Source: Candidatus Uhrbacteria bacterium (GTDB lineage Bacteria > Patescibacteriota > Patescibacteriia > UBA9934). Taken from it: a stretch of 55,520 bases of DNA. The notes below the pieces were generated by a model. That model did no database searches. It was not told the origin of the DNA and saw only the letters and a list, made by a program, of their open reading frames with translations. Below are positions 34,060-43,883 of this stretch, in pieces. Positions within the stretch are counted from its first letter, which is position 1. The number at the start of each line of letters is the position of its first letter. The stretch covers positions 1 to 55,520 of the forward strand of contig DMOG01000001.1 of assembly GCA_003453595.1 (NCBI GenBank), given 5' to 3'. The position numbers were made by a program, and so were the translations under genes.

Positions 34060-35112
34060 ATGTTGAACACATTTTTTGGTCGTTTTTCTGAAGATATTGG
34101 AATAGACTTAGGAACCGAAAATACCCTTCTTTATGTTAAAGGAAAGGGGATTGTTATTAATGAACCTTCCATAGTTTCCATCAATCAAAGAACCAATCAA
34201 ATCGTAGCTGTTGGCCATAGCGCCAAAGACATGCTAGGAAAAACCCCTCCACACATTCGAACATCCAGACCTTTAACCAAAGGTGTAGTGTCAGACTTTG
34301 AGGTAACAGAAAAAATGCTCAAATTCTTTATTGATCAAATTCACGACGATAAATTTACAATTGTTCCTCGACCAAGAGTTATTATCGGTGTTCCGCTAGA
34401 AATCACAGAGGTTGAGCGCAAGGCTGTGGAAGACGCAGTAATCAGTGCTGGTGCTCGAAAAGTTATTCTAGTTGAAGAACCAATGGCCGCAGCTATTGGT
34501 GCCCGCTTGCCAGTCTCAGAATCAATTGGAAATATGATCGTGGACATCGGCGGTGGCACAACCGAAATCGCTGTCTTATCACTTAACGGCGTAGTGACAT
34601 GGAAATCGCTTTCCATAGCTGGTGACGAAATGACAAAGAATATAACACAATATATTCGCGATGTTTTCAACCTTTTAATAGGTGATAAGGTCGCAGAGAT
34701 GGTTAAATTTAGAATTGGTAATGCAGTGGCTTTTGATCAAATAATTAACATTGAAGTCCGTGGCCGCGACCTGATGACTGGTTTACCAAAAGAAATACTA
34801 GTATCAGACGGTCAGGCCCGTGAGGCATTACAAAAGTCGATCAAGATGATTATTGAAAATGTTAAATCAACTCTTGAGCTCACACCACCTGAGTTGGTGG
34901 CTGACATTTATGAACGAGGAATCATTCTCTGTGGTGGAGGGTCCCTGCTAAGAGGTATCGATCAAATAATTTCCAAAGAAACTGATGTACCGGTTAGAAT
35001 CGCAGAAGATCCACTAACAACTGTGGTTAGAGGAACTGGCGCTTTACTAGAAGACGAACAATTACTTAATGAAATAGCTCTACCTTCAACATCAGACGAG
35101 CCATACGCATAG
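34060..35112 (+). CDS. mreB: rod shape-determining protein MreB
   Basis: Actin-fold motifs GIDLGTENT, EPMAAAIGA, DIGGGTTE and CGGGSLLRG. ATG 34060 is preferred over TTG 34012. Confidence 0.92.
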   Translation: MLNTFFGRFSEDIGIDLGTENTLLYVKGKGIVINEPSIVSINQRTNQIVAVGHSAKDMLGKTPPHIRTSRPLTKGVVSDFEVTEKMLKFFIDQIHDDKFTIVPRPRVIIGVPLEITEVERKAVEDAVISAGARKVILVEEPMAAAIGARLPVSESIGNMIVDIGGGTTEIAVLSLNGVVTWKSLSIAGDEMTKNITQYIRDVFNLLIGDKVAEMVKFRIGNAVAFDQIINIEVRGRDLMTGLPKEILVSDGQAREALQKSIKMIIENVKSTLELTPPELVADIYERGIILCGGGSLLRGIDQIISKETDVPVRIAEDPLTTVVRGTGALLEDEQLLNEIALPSTSDEPYA

Positions 35113-35117
35113 AACAC

Positions 35118-35948
35118 ATGCCTCTTCTTGCGCAAAAGCAATCATCAAAGACAACAAAGCCGGTACGCATAATCAGTACTATCACCTTTGTTATTTTTTT
35201 CTTATTTATTATATTTTCATGGACTCCAGCATCGATTGTGCTAGAAAAAACACAACACATACTTTATTCAACAAGTAGTTCATTGAATACATTTATTGTT
35301 CAAATATTTTCACCATCTGATTCGCTTAACTCGCAAATAAATTATTACCAAGAGCTGGCTGCAAATTCTGTATCAAGTCAAACAGAGACGGCTCAGCTTA
35401 AACGGCGTGTTAAAGAGCTTGAAGAACTACTAGGATACCAACAATCAGTTGAATATAAAACAATTGCCGCCAAAGTCTTGTCATACGCCCCGTCTGAACA
35501 ACTCACTTTACTTATTGATCAAGGATTTCATGATGGTGTAAAAACCGGGTTAGCCGTTGTTATTAATACTGGATTTTTAATCGGAACCATTGATTCAGTT
35601 TCTGAATATACTTCTACAGTTCGGCTACTAGAAGACCCGCAAAGCTCCATCCCAGTATCAATTATCAACGGAGAATCAACCAGCGGAATGCTAAATGGTG
35701 AGGAAGGATTTCTACTTCATATGTATTTCATTCCTCATGACCGAATTTTATCAATCGGTGACATAATCGTAACTTCTAATCTCTATGAGCGCATTCCAAA
35801 TGAACTACCAATTGGAACTATCCACGAAATTATTCTGGATGAAACTTCTCCATTTCAAGAAGCTTTAGTTGAGCCACTATATAGCACATCTGAATATTCT
35901 AATGTTCTGATTATTGACACAACATCGGTGCGCATTTATGAAGAGTAG
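35118..35948 (+). CDS. mreC: rod shape-determining protein MreC
   Basis: N-terminal transmembrane segment, a coiled coil (LKRRVKELEELL), and a beta-barrel region GFLIGTIDSV. Positioned after mreB. Confidence 0.8.
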   Translation: MPLLAQKQSSKTTKPVRIISTITFVIFFLFIIFSWTPASIVLEKTQHILYSTSSSLNTFIVQIFSPSDSLNSQINYYQELAANSVSSQTETAQLKRRVKELEELLGYQQSVEYKTIAAKVLSYAPSEQLTLLIDQGFHDGVKTGLAVVINTGFLIGTIDSVSEYTSTVRLLEDPQSSIPVSIINGESTSGMLNGEEGFLLHMYFIPHDRILSIGDIIVTSNLYERIPNELPIGTIHEIILDETSPFQEALVEPLYSTSEYSNVLIIDTTSVRIYEE

Positions 35949-36426
35949 TTTTATTTTTTTATTACTAATCATTTCATGTGTAATTATTGAATCATCAGTA
36001 ATTCAACCATTTTTTTATCCATTTAATCTTATATCCCTTAGCTTTATTGTTGGCGTGCTTATTTTTCATGCGTTTCCGCTTAGCTATGGCTTGTCATGGT
36101 TTATCCTTTTGCCCTTAGTGGAATCCTTTTTTGGATACTCATATATGCCATTTGTCACCTATCCTCTATTGGGAATAATTGGTTATATTCTTCTAAAAAG
36201 GTCATTTGCCCGACGATCAATATTTGGATTATTCGGTTTTGGTATCACTCTTTATACTTTAATGTTGCTAATAAATATAATTTTCGGTTTTAACTCTTTT
36301 TCTTTTTATCCCTTCTTCCAGACTTATTCTTACCAAATAGTGATTAATATTATTATATTATTTTTGGGTTTTACATTCATTCAAAGAACCTCGATTATAA
36401 ATAGCCGCGATCTTTTTCCAGGATAA
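35938..36426 (+). CDS. mreD: MreD-like membrane protein
   Basis: Polytopic 162-aa ORF overlapping the mreC stop. The call rests on position between mreC and mrdA. No sequence motif recognised. Confidence 0.55.
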   Translation: MKSSFIFLLLIISCVIIESSVIQPFFYPFNLISLSFIVGVLIFHAFPLSYGLSWFILLPLVESFFGYSYMPFVTYPLLGIIGYILLKRSFARRSIFGLFGFGITLYTLMLLINIIFGFNSFSFYPFFQTYSYQIVINIIILFLGFTFIQRTSIINSRDLFPG

Positions 36427-36431
36427 GAGTT

Positions 36432-38339
36432 ATGGAAACCGAAGAAAACAACAAAAATCCATGTCCATTTCCTAATTTCGAAAGTGAATATTCTTCTATT
36501 CACAACGAATATCACGATGATATTTTTTTTGAGGAAGCATTCTCTTCGCAAAAAACAAAAGCGTCTGACCCGAACCGTTCATTTTTGCATGATACTGTTT
36601 CAAAATTCCGAACCAAGGCAGTGATTGTGGCTGTATTTTTAATTTTTGGAATTTTTCTTTGCAGAACAGCCTATCTTCAAATCATTAAAGGTGATGAATA
36701 CAAACTACTCGCTGAGGAAAATCGAGTTATCCACCATACGCTTATTTCTCAGCGAGGAATTATCTATGACCGAAACGGCATAGCATTATCTAAAAATACC
36801 CCGACATTCAATATTATTATTTCCTCTTCTATCATTAACGAACCCTTGTATCAAGATAAATTGCAGACGCTTGCCAAGCAATTATCAGTTTCCCTGGAGG
36901 AAATAAAAGAATCAACAAAAGCCATACTTAGCCCAACTGATATACTTTTTGCCAGGCATGTTTCCTATGACCAAGCACTTTCAATAATGGCTCAAAAATC
37001 CGAGTACCCTTGGATTTCCGTGGAAACAAATGCATTGCGCCAATATGTTACTGACTCAATTCCATCACTGTCCCATATACTTGGCTATACAGGAATTATA
37101 AATGAAGATGAATATTTAAATTACAAATTTGCAGGATATAGATCTTTTGATCCAATTGGAAAACAAGGACTGGAAAAACAATACGAACAATTGTTACGCG
37201 GCAACTATGGAGAAGAACTGCTAGAAGTTGATGCTATGGGAAATGTTGAGCGTATTCTTGCTAAAACAAATCCTGAAAATGGACAAAATTTGTATACAAC
37301 CCTTGACTCTAACCTTCAATCCTATATCGAGACTGTGCTTGAAGAAAGAATGAAGGGAACAAACACTGCCAAAGCATCAGTAATTGTTATGGATCCAAAC
37401 AACGGGGAAGTGCTTTCGCTTGTTTCTTGGCCTGCTTACGACGCAAACCTATTTAGCGCTGGTATTGATCAAGAATCTTATTCAAAGTTAATTGAGGATA
37501 TAAATCAACCACTTTTTCCAAGGGCCACATCTGGAGAATTCCCATCAGGATCAACCATTAAGCCGATTTATGCAGCCGCAGCATTGATCGAACACATAAT
37601 CACACCTTCAACTTCTTTTCTATCAACCGGCGGCATATGGGTAAGTGTTTGGTTTTTTCCTGACTGGAAGGCGGGTGGACATGGTGTAACAAATATTTAT
37701 CACGCTATCGCCGACTCAGTTAACACATTTTTCTATTACATCGGTGGCGGAGTTGATGATTTTGAAGGACTTGGGCTGGAGAGAATGATGGATTATTTAA
37801 AATTATTTGGATTTGGTTTAATGACTGGTATTGATCTACCTGGCGAAGCTGATGGATTTTTACCTAGCAAACAATGGAAAGAAGAAACAAAAGGTGAGCA
37901 ATGGTACATTGGAGACACATACCATGTCGCAATCGGGCAAGGAGATCTGCTGGTAACTCCGGTACAAATCACCCAAGCAATATCAGTCTTTGCCAACGGC
38001 GGCTCGCTTGTTAACCCACACTTAAACAGCGAGTTTTCAACTCAATCAACGAAAATTATTGACGATTGGACTGCTGAGGTTGTCCGGGATGCAATGCGAG
38101 AAACCGTAACCAACGGCAGTGCGACCATGCTCCAATCAGTGCCAGTGAGCGTTGCAGGAAAAACCGGAACAGCCCAGTGGTCAACTAATGGCACGCCTCA
38201 CTCATGGTTTGCTGGCTTTGCCCCATTTGATGATCCTCAAATTACTATCACCATCCTCATCGAAGAGGGAGGTGACGACTACCTAGCCGTCCCAGTAGCC
38301 CTCGACATCCTAACCTATTGGTTTTCTGCTGAGAGATGA
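36432..38339 (+). CDS. mrdA: penicillin-binding protein 2 (elongation transpeptidase)
   Basis: N-terminal transmembrane segment, PBP dimerisation region, SxxK (GSTIKP) and KTGTA motifs. Lies in the mre operon. Confidence 0.88.
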   Translation: METEENNKNPCPFPNFESEYSSIHNEYHDDIFFEEAFSSQKTKASDPNRSFLHDTVSKFRTKAVIVAVFLIFGIFLCRTAYLQIIKGDEYKLLAEENRVIHHTLISQRGIIYDRNGIALSKNTPTFNIIISSSIINEPLYQDKLQTLAKQLSVSLEEIKESTKAILSPTDILFARHVSYDQALSIMAQKSEYPWISVETNALRQYVTDSIPSLSHILGYTGIINEDEYLNYKFAGYRSFDPIGKQGLEKQYEQLLRGNYGEELLEVDAMGNVERILAKTNPENGQNLYTTLDSNLQSYIETVLEERMKGTNTAKASVIVMDPNNGEVLSLVSWPAYDANLFSAGIDQESYSKLIEDINQPLFPRATSGEFPSGSTIKPIYAAAALIEHIITPSTSFLSTGGIWVSVWFFPDWKAGGHGVTNIYHAIADSVNTFFYYIGGGVDDFEGLGLERMMDYLKLFGFGLMTGIDLPGEADGFLPSKQWKEETKGEQWYIGDTYHVAIGQGDLLVTPVQITQAISVFANGGSLVNPHLNSEFSTQSTKIIDDWTAEVVRDAMRETVTNGSATMLQSVPVSVAGKTGTAQWSTNGTPHSWFAGFAPFDDPQITITILIEEGGDDYLAVPVALDILTYWFSAER

Positions 38340-38409
38340 CGAGATAATGGATCTTTAAAATTAAATATGATATATTATTATTATTATTATAAATAATTAA
38401 AAGTAATTT

Positions 38410-38724
38410 ATGTCAAAACTTTTTGGTAAAGTATTAGCAGTGTTCTCAATTTTTCTCGCAACTGCCAGCACAGCTCTGGCTGAATGCACACTAAACGGAC
38501 AAATAGTTCCGTGTGAAGATGTACCTTCATGGATTTTTCTCTTTCCAATTTTAATATTCGTAATAAGTATTGCTTTCTTTGTTTTCTGGATATGGATGTT
38601 GGTAGATGCAATCCAAAATCAAAAAGAGGATAGACCAATGTGGATTCTGATTATTGTATTCCTAAACTTCCTTGGTTCAATAATTTACTACTTTTCTGAG
38701 AAGAGAAAACGAAACAAAAAATAA
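38410..38724 (+). CDS. small membrane protein with PLD-nuclease N-terminal (PLDc_N) type domain
   Basis: WIWMLVDAIQNQKEDRPMWILIIVFLNFLGSIIYYFSEKR matches the PLDc_N pattern. Confidence 0.6.
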   Translation: MSKLFGKVLAVFSIFLATASTALAECTLNGQIVPCEDVPSWIFLFPILIFVISIAFFVFWIWMLVDAIQNQKEDRPMWILIIVFLNFLGSIIYYFSEKRKRNKK

Positions 38725-38755
38725 GCTCAGATCTTAAACAAAATTAAATACAGCA

Positions 38756-38789
38756 ACGCACCCGTTTCTTGCGGGTGCGTACTATTTTT
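38756..38789 (+). terminator. rho-independent terminator
   Basis: acgcacccg (38756-38764) pairs with cgggtgcgt (38772-38780), followed by actaTTTTT. Confidence 0.75.
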
Positions 38790-38824
38790 GTCAAATTAAA
38801 TAAATCTATACACAAGCGACTTTG

Positions 38825-38853
38825 TTGACCTTTTGATGGTTTGATGCTATATT
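38825..38853 (+). promoter_or_regulatory. sigma70-type promoter of the second greA
   Basis: TTGACC (38825-38830), a 17-nt spacer, then TATATT (38848-38853). Confidence 0.55.
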
Positions 38854-38919
38854 TTAGCTATATAAATTAGCAAAAACCGCCAACAGAGGCGGTATTTCAT
38901 ATCTATTATTCTTACTTAT

Positions 38920-38959
38920 ATTTTTCATAGTTTGAACGATCGTTCAAACTATGAAAAAT
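38920..38959. promoter_or_regulatory. perfect 40-bp palindrome covering the greA-2 start codon
   Basis: atttttcatagtttgaacga (38920-38939) is the exact reverse complement of tcgttcaaactatgaaaaat (38940-38959). ATG 38951 lies in the right arm. Confidence 0.5.
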
Positions 38960-39427
38960 TATCATCTTATGTCTCAACACTATTTATCCCAAGACGCACT
39001 TAATGCACTAAAAATAGAACTGCAAGAACGAAAAACAGTTCAACGAGCTGAGCTATCAGAGCAAATCGGGTCAGCTAAAGAACTTGGCGACCTTTCTGAA
39101 AATTTCGAATATCATGATGCAAAAGAGCGCCAAGGTCAAAACGAAACTCGAATTCTGGAAATTGAGGACATGTTGCGAAATATTGTTTTAGTAGAATCAA
39201 AATCCGGTGGTTCTAAAATCATGCTAGGAACAACCTTCAAAGCAAAATCTGGAAATATTGAAAAAACCTTTGAAATTGTTGGCGCCTCAGAATCAGATCC
39301 AATTAATGGAAAAATTAGCAACGAATCACCACTGGGAAATGCATTTCTCGGACTGGCAGCAGGGGACATAGCTAGCATTACTACGCCAGCTGGTAAAATA
39401 GAGTATAAAGTGATTTCGATAGATTAA
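38951..39427 (+). CDS. greA: transcription elongation factor GreA (second copy)
   Basis: GDLSENFEYHDAKERQ acidic tip and the C-terminal domain ISNESPLGNAFLG. An alternative ATG exists at 38969. Confidence 0.85.
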   Translation: MKNYHLMSQHYLSQDALNALKIELQERKTVQRAELSEQIGSAKELGDLSENFEYHDAKERQGQNETRILEIEDMLRNIVLVESKSGGSKIMLGTTFKAKSGNIEKTFEIVGASESDPINGKISNESPLGNAFLGLAAGDIASITTPAGKIEYKVISID

Positions 39428-39491
39428 AGAGGTATTGAAGGCTCAGAGACCAGACCCCTAAACTCTTTTCACTTCTCGGGCTTAAAAATTT

Positions 39492-39521
39492 TTGACAATA
39501 GGTTGATTTCAAAGGTAGAAT
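39492..39521 (+). promoter_or_regulatory. sigma70-type promoter of lysS
   Basis: TTGACA (39492-39497), an 18-nt spacer, then TAGAAT (39516-39521). Confidence 0.55.
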
Positions 39522-39546
39522 ATCCCTGAAATTGACCTATTTTTAT

Positions 39547-41040
39547 ATGACTGAAGAAGAACAAATCCGCAGTGAGAGATTAAAAAAAATAGAGGATTTA
39601 GAGATAAATCCATATCCTTCAAGATCTCATCGATCACACACAGCTCAGGCTGTAATTGATGGCTTTGAAGAACTGGAGCAATCTCAAACACCAATCACTG
39701 TTTGTGGGCGCATTCGTGCACTTCGTAAACATGGCGGGATTAGCTTTATATCGCTCCAGGACGCATCAGGAACGATTCAAATAGTCTTACACAAACAAGA
39801 CTTGGGCGATGATGTTTTTGACCAATTCCACGCTGTTTCAGATCTGGCTGACTTTTACGAATTTCATGGTGTAGTATTTCTAACCAAGCGTGGCGAAAAA
39901 TCAATCAAGGTTTTATCATATCGAATTTTAGCTAAAAGTCTTTTACCACTTCCAGAAAAGTTCCATGGACTTTCTGATTTGGAAATTAGATATCGACAAC
40001 GCTATCTTGATCTAATTGCTAACGAGGAATCAATGAAGGTTGCCAAAGCACGCGCGCGAATGGTAAGGGCAATGCGTGAATATTTGGAAGCTCAAGATTT
40101 TTTGGAAGTTGAAACTCCAATCTTACAACAAATTCCTGGTGGCGCAAATGCCCGACCATTTATCACCCACCACAACACACTGCACACGGATCTATACTTG
40201 CGGATCGCCCCTGAGCTTTACCTCAAGCGACTAATTGTGGGTGGTTTTGAAAAAGTATATGAATTTGCTCGCTGTTTTAGAAATGAAGGAATCAGCCCCC
40301 AACACAATCCAGAATTCACACAGATTGAAACTTACTGGGCTTATGCGACTATTGAAAATCTTATTGATCATCTCGAGGGTCTTATTAAAACAGCACTACA
40401 CGCAGTAACTAACGGATCAGATGAGATAATGTTTGAAGATACGATAATTTCTTTCAAAAACATTGATCGTAAAACATTCCGTGAAGTAATTCTTGAACAC
40501 ACTGGAATAGACATTGATGGCTATCAAAACGAATCAGATCTCCGCAATGTAATAATGGAGCAGGGAGTAAATGTTGAAGGAGTATACGGATATGGCGAGC
40601 TTATTGATGCTCTGTATAAACACGGCGCTCGTCCAAAAATAATTCAACCAATGTTTGTCACTGATTATCCATCAGCCATGAAGCCATTGGCAAAACGCCG
40701 AGAAAATAATCCTTTCTACAGTGCCAGCGCTCAACTTGTAGTGATGGGAATGGAAATGTGTAATGCATTTAATGAGCTAAATGATCCGCTCGAACAGGAA
40801 GATCGTTTCCGTGAGCAAGAAGCTTTACGCGAGCAGGGAAGTGAAGAAGCACAAAGGATTGATGATGACTATCTAACTGCCTTAAAACATGGCATGCCGC
40901 CAACTGCAGGCTATGGAATCGGCATCGATCGTCTAGCAATGCTTTTGACAGGATCAAAAACAATCAAAGATGTAATCCTATTCCCAACCCTTAAACCAAA
41001 ATCAGAAGAAGAATCTAGACAGCCCGAGGAAAAGGAATAA
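39547..41040 (+). CDS. lysS: lysyl-tRNA synthetase (class II)
   Basis: OB-fold N-terminal region and class II motifs (FRNEGIS, GIGIDRLAML). ATG 39547 is preferred over TTG 39532. Confidence 0.92.
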   Translation: MTEEEQIRSERLKKIEDLEINPYPSRSHRSHTAQAVIDGFEELEQSQTPITVCGRIRALRKHGGISFISLQDASGTIQIVLHKQDLGDDVFDQFHAVSDLADFYEFHGVVFLTKRGEKSIKVLSYRILAKSLLPLPEKFHGLSDLEIRYRQRYLDLIANEESMKVAKARARMVRAMREYLEAQDFLEVETPILQQIPGGANARPFITHHNTLHTDLYLRIAPELYLKRLIVGGFEKVYEFARCFRNEGISPQHNPEFTQIETYWAYATIENLIDHLEGLIKTALHAVTNGSDEIMFEDTIISFKNIDRKTFREVILEHTGIDIDGYQNESDLRNVIMEQGVNVEGVYGYGELIDALYKHGARPKIIQPMFVTDYPSAMKPLAKRRENNPFYSASAQLVVMGMEMCNAFNELNDPLEQEDRFREQEALREQGSEEAQRIDDDYLTALKHGMPPTAGYGIGIDRLAMLLTGSKTIKDVILFPTLKPKSEEESRQPEEKE

Positions 41041-41042
41041 AT

Positions 41043-41447
41043 ATGAAAACAGCGTTGATCTTTGGAGTTTTTGACAAGCTTCATAAAGGCCACTTTGATC
41101 TGTTTAATCAAATTAAAAATCAAGGATTTAATATATCTGTTTGCCTGGCGCTTGATGAAGTTGTTAAATATCGAAAAGGTCAGACTCCAATACAAAGTTT
41201 TAATGAGCGGAAACAAGCTCTTGAGTCCACGGATGGTATAAATAAAGTTGTTGCTGGTGATAAGCAAGAAGGAACATTTGGTGCGATCAAATCTGAAGAC
41301 CCGGATGTTATCGCTATTGGCTATGATCAAATCGAGCTTTCTCGGGCGATTGAAAAATGGTTAAAAGATAAACAAATAAATATTCCTCTTATTTTCCTAA
41401 GGGCATTTGAACCGCAAAAATATAAATCATCTCTTCTTAGAAATTAA
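41043..41447 (+). CDS. cytidylyltransferase-like nucleotidyltransferase (HxGH family)
   Basis: N-terminus LIFGVFDKLHKGHFDLF is the (T/H)xGH motif of the CTP_transf_like fold. Confidence 0.7.
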   Translation: MKTALIFGVFDKLHKGHFDLFNQIKNQGFNISVCLALDEVVKYRKGQTPIQSFNERKQALESTDGINKVVAGDKQEGTFGAIKSEDPDVIAIGYDQIELSRAIEKWLKDKQINIPLIFLRAFEPQKYKSSLLRN

Positions 41448-41451
41448 TTAT

Positions 41452-42723
41452 ATGATTGACATAAAACTTCTTCGTGAAAATACACAACAAATAAGGGAGG
41501 CGGCAAAAGCTAAAAATGTTGAAATTGATTTTACTAGAATTTTGGAGTTGGACAAACTAGTTCGATCACTTGAAAATAATATCCAGCAGATAGCAACACA
41601 AAAAAATGAAGCTTCAAAAAGAATTCCCCAAGCCTCTGAGTCTGATAGAGCTAAGCTTATTGAGGAGATGCGTCAGATTGATCGTAAAGGCGATGAATTA
41701 AAGGCTGAGCTTACCCCACTATCTGAGGAATTAGATGAACTTTTGTATAAAATTCCAAACCCAGCATTACCTGATGTTAAAATTGCAAAAAATGAATCTG
41801 AAAACGAAATTATCAAAACAATTGGAGAAATTCCAAGTTTTAATTTCACGCCCAAAGATCATTTAGAGCTTGGAGATATTCTTGGAATTATTGATACTCA
41901 ACGAGCAGCCAATGTATCTGGTGCTCGTTTCAATTATTTTATAGGTGACGGCGTTCTTCTTGAATTTGCGCTTATTCAATTTGCACTTGCCACTCTCTCT
42001 GAGTATGGCTTTACACCTGTTATCACCCCACACATGATAAAACCGCAAGCGATGCGTGCCATGGGTTATCTCGAACACGGTGGCCACGATGAAATTTACT
42101 ATCTACCTAAAGATAATCTATATTTGATTGGAACCGCAGAACAATCAGTGGGCGCAATGCACATGGATGAGATCCTTGACGGAACAAAACTGCCAATCCG
42201 ATATGTTGGTTTTTCACCTTGCTACCGACGCGAAGCTGGATCATATGGAAAAGATACCCGTGGCATCTTGCGCGTTCATCAATTTGATAAGATCGAAATG
42301 TTTACATTTAGCACTCCAGAAGATTCTGATGCTGAGCACAGCCTAATTCTAGAGATTGAAGAAAGATTAATGCAATCACTTAAAATTCCATATCAGCTTG
42401 TAAAAATGGTTACTGGCGACCTAGGACTGCCTGCGGCTCGTAAATACGATATTGAGGCATGGATGCCAGCACAGGACGCATACCGGGAGACTCATTCATG
42501 TAGTAGTTGTACTGATTTCCAGGCACGAAGACTTAATACTCGATACAAAGATGATTCTGGAAAAACGCATTTTGTCCACACATTAAATGGAACCGGATTT
42601 GCTATTGGCAGAACAATAATCACCATTTTAGAAAACTTCCAGCAAGAAGATGGCTCAGTTATTATTCCTGAAGTTTTGCGACCATTCATGGGTGGCCGAG
42701 ATAGAATTTTGCCAAAATCTTAG
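41452..42723 (+). CDS. serS: seryl-tRNA synthetase
   Basis: MIDIKLLREN N-terminal coiled coil and class II motifs (FRREAGS-like YRREAGSYG, GTGFAIGRT). ATG 41452 is preferred. Confidence 0.92.
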   Translation: MIDIKLLRENTQQIREAAKAKNVEIDFTRILELDKLVRSLENNIQQIATQKNEASKRIPQASESDRAKLIEEMRQIDRKGDELKAELTPLSEELDELLYKIPNPALPDVKIAKNESENEIIKTIGEIPSFNFTPKDHLELGDILGIIDTQRAANVSGARFNYFIGDGVLLEFALIQFALATLSEYGFTPVITPHMIKPQAMRAMGYLEHGGHDEIYYLPKDNLYLIGTAEQSVGAMHMDEILDGTKLPIRYVGFSPCYRREAGSYGKDTRGILRVHQFDKIEMFTFSTPEDSDAEHSLILEIEERLMQSLKIPYQLVKMVTGDLGLPAARKYDIEAWMPAQDAYRETHSCSSCTDFQARRLNTRYKDDSGKTHFVHTLNGTGFAIGRTIITILENFQQEDGSVIIPEVLRPFMGGRDRILPKS

Positions 42724-42725
42724 CT

Positions 42726-43874
42726 ATGAGCTCAAACCGTGAAAAGACTTGGGTTGAAATCGACTCACAGGCTTATGCTCATAATATCCAGATAATTAAG
42801 TCACTTCTGGCACCAGAAGTGACTTTTTGCTCGGTAATAAAGGCAAATGCTTATGGTCATGGAATTGAAGAAATGACCATGTTGGGAATTCGCTCAGGAA
42901 TTAGATGTTTTGGAGTTGACTCAATTGATGAAGTTGAAAAAGTCCGCCGAATCGCTCAACAAGAAGCTATATTAATTCTTGGATATACGCCCGAAGATCG
43001 ATTATGCGATGTTGTTCGGCTGGGTGCAATTCAAACAGTTTATGAAGAAAAAACCGTGGAAAATCTTGCTTTGGAATCAATAAAGCAACAATGCCCATGT
43101 TTTGTAAATGTAAAATGCGAAACAGGAACTCAACGACAGGGAATTGGCGAACGAGATTTTAAACATTTACTCGCAAGTATCGAGAAAACACACGGGGCTG
43201 TTGAGCTTTGGGGACTTAGCTCACACTTTTCTTCATCAGAAGATCCACAAAGATTTGATGTAACAAAATCTCAAAACCAAAAATTTACATATTTTATTGA
43301 AGAATGTCAAAGATTTAATTTATCACCCAAACAAATCTCTATTTCCTGCAGTGCATCAACAATTCTTTACCCCGAGACTCATCTTTCCATGGTTAGGATT
43401 GGTATTAGTCAATATGGTTTTTGGCCATCATCAGAATTAAAAGAATTATTTACCAAAACAAGACCAACTTTTCAGCTTAAGCCGATTTTAAGTTGGAAAA
43501 CTCGAATAGCACAAATCAAAGACATTAAAAGTGGAACTCCAGTTGGATATGACCAAAAATATATTAGTGACCGGCCTATCCGCATTGCGATTTTACCGGT
43601 CGGATACTATGACGGATTTGTGAGAAATCTATCAAACATGGGATATGTACTTGTAAAAGGACAAAAATGTGCAATTCTTGGAAATGTTTGTATGAATATG
43701 TGCATTATTAATGTGTCATCAGTTCCACAAATTCAAATAGGCGATGAAGTAAATATATTTGGGCGCGACGGTATGCATCTAATTGGAGCCGAAGACCATG
43801 CGAAATGGACCAATACAGTCCATTACGAAGTTCTAACAAGAATTGGTCAGCACATAAAAAGAATAATCGTTTAG
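42726..43874 (+). CDS. alr: alanine racemase
   Basis: PLP-lysine motif VIKANAYGHG and the C-terminal beta domain. Confidence 0.9.
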   Translation: MSSNREKTWVEIDSQAYAHNIQIIKSLLAPEVTFCSVIKANAYGHGIEEMTMLGIRSGIRCFGVDSIDEVEKVRRIAQQEAILILGYTPEDRLCDVVRLGAIQTVYEEKTVENLALESIKQQCPCFVNVKCETGTQRQGIGERDFKHLLASIEKTHGAVELWGLSSHFSSSEDPQRFDVTKSQNQKFTYFIEECQRFNLSPKQISISCSASTILYPETHLSMVRIGISQYGFWPSSELKELFTKTRPTFQLKPILSWKTRIAQIKDIKSGTPVGYDQKYISDRPIRIAILPVGYYDGFVRNLSNMGYVLVKGQKCAILGNVCMNMCIINVSSVPQIQIGDEVNIFGRDGMHLIGAEDHAKWTNTVHYEVLTRIGQHIKRIIV

Positions 43875-43883
43875 ATTTATTTT

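Noticed and set aside
38376-38392. (ATT)n microsatellite upstream of the PLDc_N gene as a phase-variation switch
   Set aside because: It is only about 5-6 units, lies in a promoter-less AT-rich spacer, and there is nothing to suggest slipped-strand control.
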